A stretch of 64,000 bases of DNA, taken from NCBI GenBank assembly GCA_963675785.1, contig OY776562.1:2720001-2784000 (forward strand), written 5' to 3'. The position numbers and the translations under genes are program-made. The notes beneath the pieces are model-generated. The model did not search any database and was not told the origin of the DNA. It saw only the letters and a list, made by a program, of their open reading frames with translations. Origin of the DNA: Anaerolineae bacterium (GTDB lineage Bacteria > Chloroflexota > Anaerolineae > UBA1429). Positions 59,508 through 64,000 of this stretch are shown here, one piece after another (the stretch's first letter is position 1; each line of letters starts with the position of its first letter).

Positions 59508-60562
59508 TAGATCAACCCCTTTGCCACCATGATTTCGGCATTCAGGATCGAACCACCAGCGGCACCTCGGATGGTATTATGCGATAGCACGACGAACTTG
59601 TAATCCAGTAACTCACAAGGGCGAACGCGGCCCACAGATATCGCCATGCCTGCGCCTTGATTCCGGTCAAGATAAGGTTGTGGACGGTCGTTTTCCTCGC
59701 GCACAATAATGGTTGGATCAACCGCCGAAGGACACCCCAGTGCAGCAGGAATGCTCTTAAACTCTTTAAAGGCGGCAACGACCTCTGCAAGTTCTGCCTT
59801 GCGCCCCAACGCCACCGAAACCACTTCCATGTGGCCATCGCGAGTGGCTACCCGATTACATGAAGGGCTAACGCGAATTTGGGCCATATCGATACATCCG
59901 GCAGTCTCATTCAAAGATCCGAGGAGTTTGCAGGGCTCTGAGACTAATTTATCCTCTTCATTGCCGATGTAGGGAACAACATTATCCAGGCTATCCAGAG
60001 CAGGCACGCCCGGATACCCCGCCCCTGAAAGGGCCTGCATGGTAGTGACAAAGACCTTTTCCACACCAAAAGCATCGTGCAAGGGCTTGAGAGCCAGGGT
60101 CATGCCCACTGTGGAACAATTGGGGTCGGTTACAATAAAGCCTTTGTCCCAACCACGATTCTTGCGTTGTACCGCAAGCAAACCAAGATGATCAGAGTTC
60201 ACTTCGGGAATCAAGAGGGGGACGTCCACATCCATTCTGTGGGTACTGGCATTGCTCAAAACACCGTATCCGGCCGCAGCAAAAGCCTCCTCGATGGGCC
60301 CCGCACTGCTGGATGGCAGCGCAGAGAATACCAGGTCGCAATCGAGGGGCGGTTCGCAGGGCTGTACAATCAAGTTGCGCACACTGGCCGGGCAATCCGC
60401 CGATACACGCCATACACAGGCCTCGGCATAAGGTTTACCCACCGATCGCTCAGAGGCGGCCACAGCAGTGATCTCAAACCACGGGTTTTTGTCCAGCAAT
60501 TCAATAAAGCGCTGACCTACAGCTCCTGTAGCGCCAAGTATGCCGACTCGCCTGGGTTCCAT
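59507..60562 (-). CDS. asd: Aspartate-semialdehyde dehydrogenase (archaeal/eukaryotic-like type)
   Basis: 'GILGATGAVGQRF', 'AASERSVGK', 'PNCST', 'TMQALSGAGYPG', 'SHNTIRGAAGG'. Confidence 0.96.
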   Translation of the reverse strand: MEPRRVGILGATGAVGQRFIELLDKNPWFEITAVAASERSVGKPYAEACVWRVSADCPASVRNLIVQPCEPPLDCDLVFSALPSSSAGPIEEAFAAAGYGVLSNASTHRMDVDVPLLIPEVNSDHLGLLAVQRKNRGWDKGFIVTDPNCSTVGMTLALKPLHDAFGVEKVFVTTMQALSGAGYPGVPALDSLDNVVPYIGNEEDKLVSEPCKLLGSLNETAGCIDMAQIRVSPSCNRVATRDGHMEVVSVALGRKAELAEVVAAFKEFKSIPAALGCPSAVDPTIIVREENDRPQPYLDRNQGAGMAISVGRVRPCELLDYKFVVLSHNTIRGAAGGSILNAEIMVAKGLI

Positions 60563-60579
60563 ATCTCGTCTCCTCGAGT

Positions 60580-61983
60580 TCACTCTTTATTCATCTCAAA
60601 TTGATGATGGATAGCACGAACGGCCTCATCAACTTGATCCTGCTTGATGACCAGGGACATGTTATAGTCCGAACCGCCCTGAGCGATAGAGAGAATATTG
60701 ATCTCGCTATCGGCCAAAGCCGCAAAAACGCGCGCTGCTATGCCCGGCACACGCCGCATACCAGCCCCAACAATGGCCACAATGGCAGCACCTTCCGTCT
60801 TTTTCACGCTGGCCACATCGTTGCGCAGCATATCAAAACGGAGCTCTTGTTCCACCGAGTTTTGCGCAGCCAAAGCGTCAGAGGCGGGCACCACAATGCA
60901 GATGCCCTGTTCAGAAGAGGATTGAGTAAACATCAAAGCGCTTGCCCCACTGCGCGCCAAAGCGCTAAATACCCTGCCAGCCACACCTGGCACACCTTGC
61001 ATGCCTCGTCCTGCTATTGTTACCAGAGAAAGATTCCTGATAGCCGTAATACCCTTGACGAGCGGTTCATCAGTGACTTCAGCACAGATCAAAGTGCCTG
61101 GGTGCTCTGACTTGAAAGAGTTGAGCACACGCACAGGAATATCTTGATCAACCACAGGTTGTATTGTTTTGGGATGGAGAACTTTGGCGCCAAAGAAGGA
61201 AAGGTCGGCTGCCTCGCCATAAGAGATGGTTTTAAGGGTGCGGGCGCCGGGGACAATACGCGGATCGGCCGTCATCACGCCATCAACATCTGTCCAAACC
61301 CAAACCTCTTCGGCATCCAGACAGCTGCCCAAAATGGTGGCGCTGTAATCACTGCCGCCTCGGCCTAGCGTCGTAGGAACGCCGTCTTCCGTCGCACCGA
61401 TAAAACCTGTAACAACAGGAACAATCCCTTGAGATACCAATTCTCGCAAATGCTTGGCTCGTTCACGAGTCTGATCGAGCAAGGGTTTGGCATCGCCAAA
61501 ATTACTGCTCGTCACGATGATCTCGGTTGCCTCGATGGATTGCGCAGCAATCCCCATGGACATCATTGTAGCCGCAGTGATACGGGCCGAGATACGCTCG
61601 CCTAAACCAGAAACAACATCCAGGCCACGCGGAGTGAGTTCGCCAAGTGTGTAAATGCTCTGGCAAAGTGTTTCGAGCCAGTCCAGCAGGGTGTTGATTT
61701 CGCTATTGAGAGGGCGGGAGATGGCTTCTTCGATCTGACAGTCCATCACGGCTTGCTCATGGCGCTGTTGCAGCTCGTCGCGCAAGAGCCCGTATGATCT
61801 GCGATCGCCATCCGCAGCAGTTCGTGCCGCCCGCACCAGCATGTCTGTTACACCGCTCATTGCCGAAACAACGACAACCGGCGGCACCCCTTTTTCGTCC
61901 TGAACATGTTGGGCGATGCGCGCAACATTGCGGATGCGCTCACCACTACCAACGGAGGTTCCTCCAAACTTCATGACAATCAT
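60580..61983 (-). CDS. lysC: Aspartate kinase (monofunctional, two ACT domains)
   Basis: 'VMKFGGTSV', 'VVSAMSGVTD', 'TTLGRGGSDYSA', 'WTDVDGVMTADPR', 'GAKVLHP'. Confidence 0.95.
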   Translation of the reverse strand: MIVMKFGGTSVGSGERIRNVARIAQHVQDEKGVPPVVVVSAMSGVTDMLVRAARTAADGDRRSYGLLRDELQQRHEQAVMDCQIEEAISRPLNSEINTLLDWLETLCQSIYTLGELTPRGLDVVSGLGERISARITAATMMSMGIAAQSIEATEIIVTSSNFGDAKPLLDQTRERAKHLRELVSQGIVPVVTGFIGATEDGVPTTLGRGGSDYSATILGSCLDAEEVWVWTDVDGVMTADPRIVPGARTLKTISYGEAADLSFFGAKVLHPKTIQPVVDQDIPVRVLNSFKSEHPGTLICAEVTDEPLVKGITAIRNLSLVTIAGRGMQGVPGVAGRVFSALARSGASALMFTQSSSEQGICIVVPASDALAAQNSVEQELRFDMLRNDVASVKKTEGAAIVAIVGAGMRRVPGIAARVFAALADSEINILSIAQGGSDYNMSLVIKQDQVDEAVRAIHHQFEMNKE

Positions 61984-62118
61984 GATACTGGCTCCTGGGG
62001 GAAACTTGCTGAAAAGTTCGCGGGCAACACCCGCAACAAACCACGGGTAGCGGCAATGCAAGGGGAGGCAACGCTGCCTTTTGGGGCCTCGCCAGATGTG
62101 TTCTGACGATTAGCGATT

Positions 62119-62147
62119 ATTATAAATGAAGAACCCCAATAGCTCAA
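62119..62147 (-). promoter_or_regulatory. Promoter of the lysC-asd operon
   Basis: TTGAGC-17 nt-TATAAT. Confidence 0.65.
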
Positions 62148-62158
62148 GCCTATCAAAA

Positions 62159-63133
62159 TTAGGGATTCAGTATCTGATCAAAAGCATATAGAGCAGGGAT
62201 TCCGCCTGTATGCCAAAACAACACCGCCTCGGCAGGGCCGATCTTGCCGGTGCGGATCAAATCGATTAGCCCGCCGAGCGCTCGCCCTGTGTAAACCGGA
62301 TCGACGAGCAGTCCTTCTGTACGGGCCATCAATTTTATCGCCTCACATTCTAGCGAGCCCGGGTGGGCATAGCCCTCACCAAGATAGCTATCGCAGATAG
62401 TAAGGTGCGCATCATCAAACGAACCACCGTAATCCACTGCCGAGGCAACCAGCGGAGCGAGAGCCAGCACGATACGGCGTAAATCGTCGGCAGGCTTGTC
62501 CACGCTGATGCCGAGAATTTCTCCCTCGTAGCCAGATAACCAGGCCCCTACCAACAATCCTGCCTGAGTGCCGCCCGAGCTGGAAGCAAAGATAATGCGA
62601 TCAAACTGCACATGCATGGCCCCCGCTTGAGCCATCATCTCTTCCATCGCATATACATAGCCAGCAGCGCCTATGGGGCTAGAACCCCCATAGGGAATAA
62701 CATAAGGCGTACGGCCAACAGCCGTTTCGGTGCGCACCACATCATCCACCACCTGCGCCACCGAGAGCGAACCCGTCCAGCGAATTTGCGCCCCAAAGAG
62801 TTGATCCAGCCAAATATTGCCTTTTTTTAGGCTGGGGCATAAACCAGAGAGTACTAACACACAGCGCAGCCCGACACGTGCTGCGGCAGCAGCTGTTTGG
62901 CGAGCGTGATTGGACTGCACAGCACCAGAGGTGACAAGTGTATCTGCACCTTGCGCGAGAGCATCCGCCACGAGGTATTCCAGTTTGCGCACCTTGTTAC
63001 CACCGCCACCCAAGCCCGTCAGGTCGTCACGCTTGATAAACAGGCGCGGACCGCCGAGGTTACCCTCAAGGCGAGACAATTCGTAAAGCGGTGTAGGCAA
63101 TTGAGCCAGAGAATAGCGATTCAGGGTCGACAT
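62159..63133 (-). CDS. D-cysteine desulfhydrase family PLP enzyme
   Basis: 'KRDDLTG', 'GGNKVRKLEY', 'QSNHARQ', 'SSGGTQAG', 'DPVYTG' (Thr rather than the ACC-deaminase Glu), 'WHTGG'. Confidence 0.9.
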   Translation of the reverse strand: MSTLNRYSLAQLPTPLYELSRLEGNLGGPRLFIKRDDLTGLGGGGNKVRKLEYLVADALAQGADTLVTSGAVQSNHARQTAAAAARVGLRCVLVLSGLCPSLKKGNIWLDQLFGAQIRWTGSLSVAQVVDDVVRTETAVGRTPYVIPYGGSSPIGAAGYVYAMEEMMAQAGAMHVQFDRIIFASSSGGTQAGLLVGAWLSGYEGEILGISVDKPADDLRRIVLALAPLVASAVDYGGSFDDAHLTICDSYLGEGYAHPGSLECEAIKLMARTEGLLVDPVYTGRALGGLIDLIRTGKIGPAEAVLFWHTGGIPALYAFDQILNP

Positions 63134-63224
63134 TTTGTTCTCTCTTCCTTGGCAATTCTCATGGCCAGTATAACATAGCAGCAGAAAGAAACATATAAGA
63201 CTTGACTTCTTATATGTAGTTCAC

Positions 63225-63258
63225 TTGCGTTTTGAACAGCCGTATAGTAAACTGTTCA
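63225..63258 (+). promoter_or_regulatory. recA promoter with overlapping inverted repeat
   Basis: TTGCGT-17 nt-TAAACT; TGAACAG-12 nt-CTGTTCA. Confidence 0.5.
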
Positions 63259-63287
63259 CATGAGGAGTAACCAGGGGGATTTTACCT

Positions 63288-64000
63288 ATGACCGTTGAGG
63301 GCCGAGACAAAGCGCTCGATACAGCCGTCACTCAAATCAAAAAGCGTTTTGGCGAAGGCTCCATCATGAAGCTTGGCGGTTCCACCAAGCTTTCTGTGGA
63401 AGCAATTCCCACGGGCTGTCTCGCGCTAGACATGGCGCTCGGTATTGGTGGCATTCCCCGAGGTAGGATCACCGAAATCTATGGACCCGAATCATCCGGC
63501 AAGACGACATTGTGTCAGCATGTCATTGCCGAATGCCAAAAGATGGGTGGCGTAGCGGCTTTCATCGATGTTGAACATGCACTTGATCCCGCTTATGCGG
63601 CCCGGTGCGGCGTCAATATTGACGAGTTATACATTTCTCAACCTGATACAGGCGAGCAAGCGTTAGAGATCACCGAGGCCCTGATTCGTAGCGGTGCAGT
63701 TGATATCATCGTTGTGGATTCTGTGGCTGCGCTGGTCCCGCAAGCAGAGATCGAAGGCGATATGGGCGATGCCCATATGGGTCTGCAAGCCAGGCTCATG
63801 TCTCAGGCTCTGCGCAAGCTTACAGGCGCTATCAGTAAAAGTCGTACTGCCCTTATCTTTACCAATCAGCTGCGTATGAAAATTGGCGTGCTCTTTGGCA
63901 ATCCCGAAACGACCAGTGGAGGGAATGCACTAAAGTTTTACGCAGCAGTTCGATTGGACATGCGCCCCATGGAAACCATCAAACAACAAGCCGACATGAT
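63288..64000 (+). CDS. recA: Recombinase RecA (3' end outside window; absent from the ORF track)
   Basis: [30 protein letters not shown]...'[12 protein letters not shown]', 'DVEHALDP', '[12 protein letters not shown]', '[14 protein letters not shown]', '[15 protein letters not shown]'. Confidence 0.98.
   Translation, partial: MTVEGRDKALDTAVTQIKKRFGEGSIMKLGGSTKLSVEAIPTGCLALDMALGIGGIPRGRITEIYGPESSGKTTLCQHVIAECQKMGGVAAFIDVEHALDPAYAARCGVNIDELYISQPDTGEQALEITEALIRSGAVDIIVVDSVAALVPQAEIEGDMGDAHMGLQARLMSQALRKLTGAISKSRTALIFTNQLRMKIGVLFGNPETTSGGNALKFYAAVRLDMRPMETIKQQADM

Noticed and set aside
62159-63133. ACC deaminase
   Set aside because: It has PVYTG rather than the ACC-deaminase PVYEG signature.

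Overview
Gene-dense bacterial chromosomal window of mostly housekeeping genes. Gene content and style (DUF2298 membrane protein, Thr/Pro-rich linkers, archaeal/eukaryotic-type Asd, ADP-forming acetate-CoA ligase) suggest an anaerobic Chloroflexota, probably Anaerolineae; this is inference. It holds an ABC/GH172/aminotransferase cluster, a glycosyltransferase block, xseAB, pyk, a stand-alone FMN-binding glutamate synthase family gene, corA, comM, nnr, an rrf2-cysE-iscS-iscU-mnmA operon, eno, rpsT, relA, tsaE-tsaB-rimI-surE, hisZGDCBHAFIE, def, feoAB, lysC-asd and the start of recA. I saw no rRNA, tRNA, CRISPR array or mobile element by eye. Main observations: (1) ribosomal proteins bS6 and bS18 fused in one ORF, with no ssb between them, behind an intact S6:S18-type leader; (2) an apparently circularly permuted HAD phosphatase translationally coupled to asd; (3) an UshA-like selenoprotein split into two ORFs by the track, with an in-frame C-G-UGA and a SECIS-like hairpin; (4) a His-His-His leader-peptide attenuator; (5) a DUF2298 ORF with no stop before its terminator, running antisense across all of rpsT; (6) a membrane Ser/Thr pseudokinase and an ATP-cone/uridine-kinase fusion. 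All calls come from motif recognition; no database search was run.
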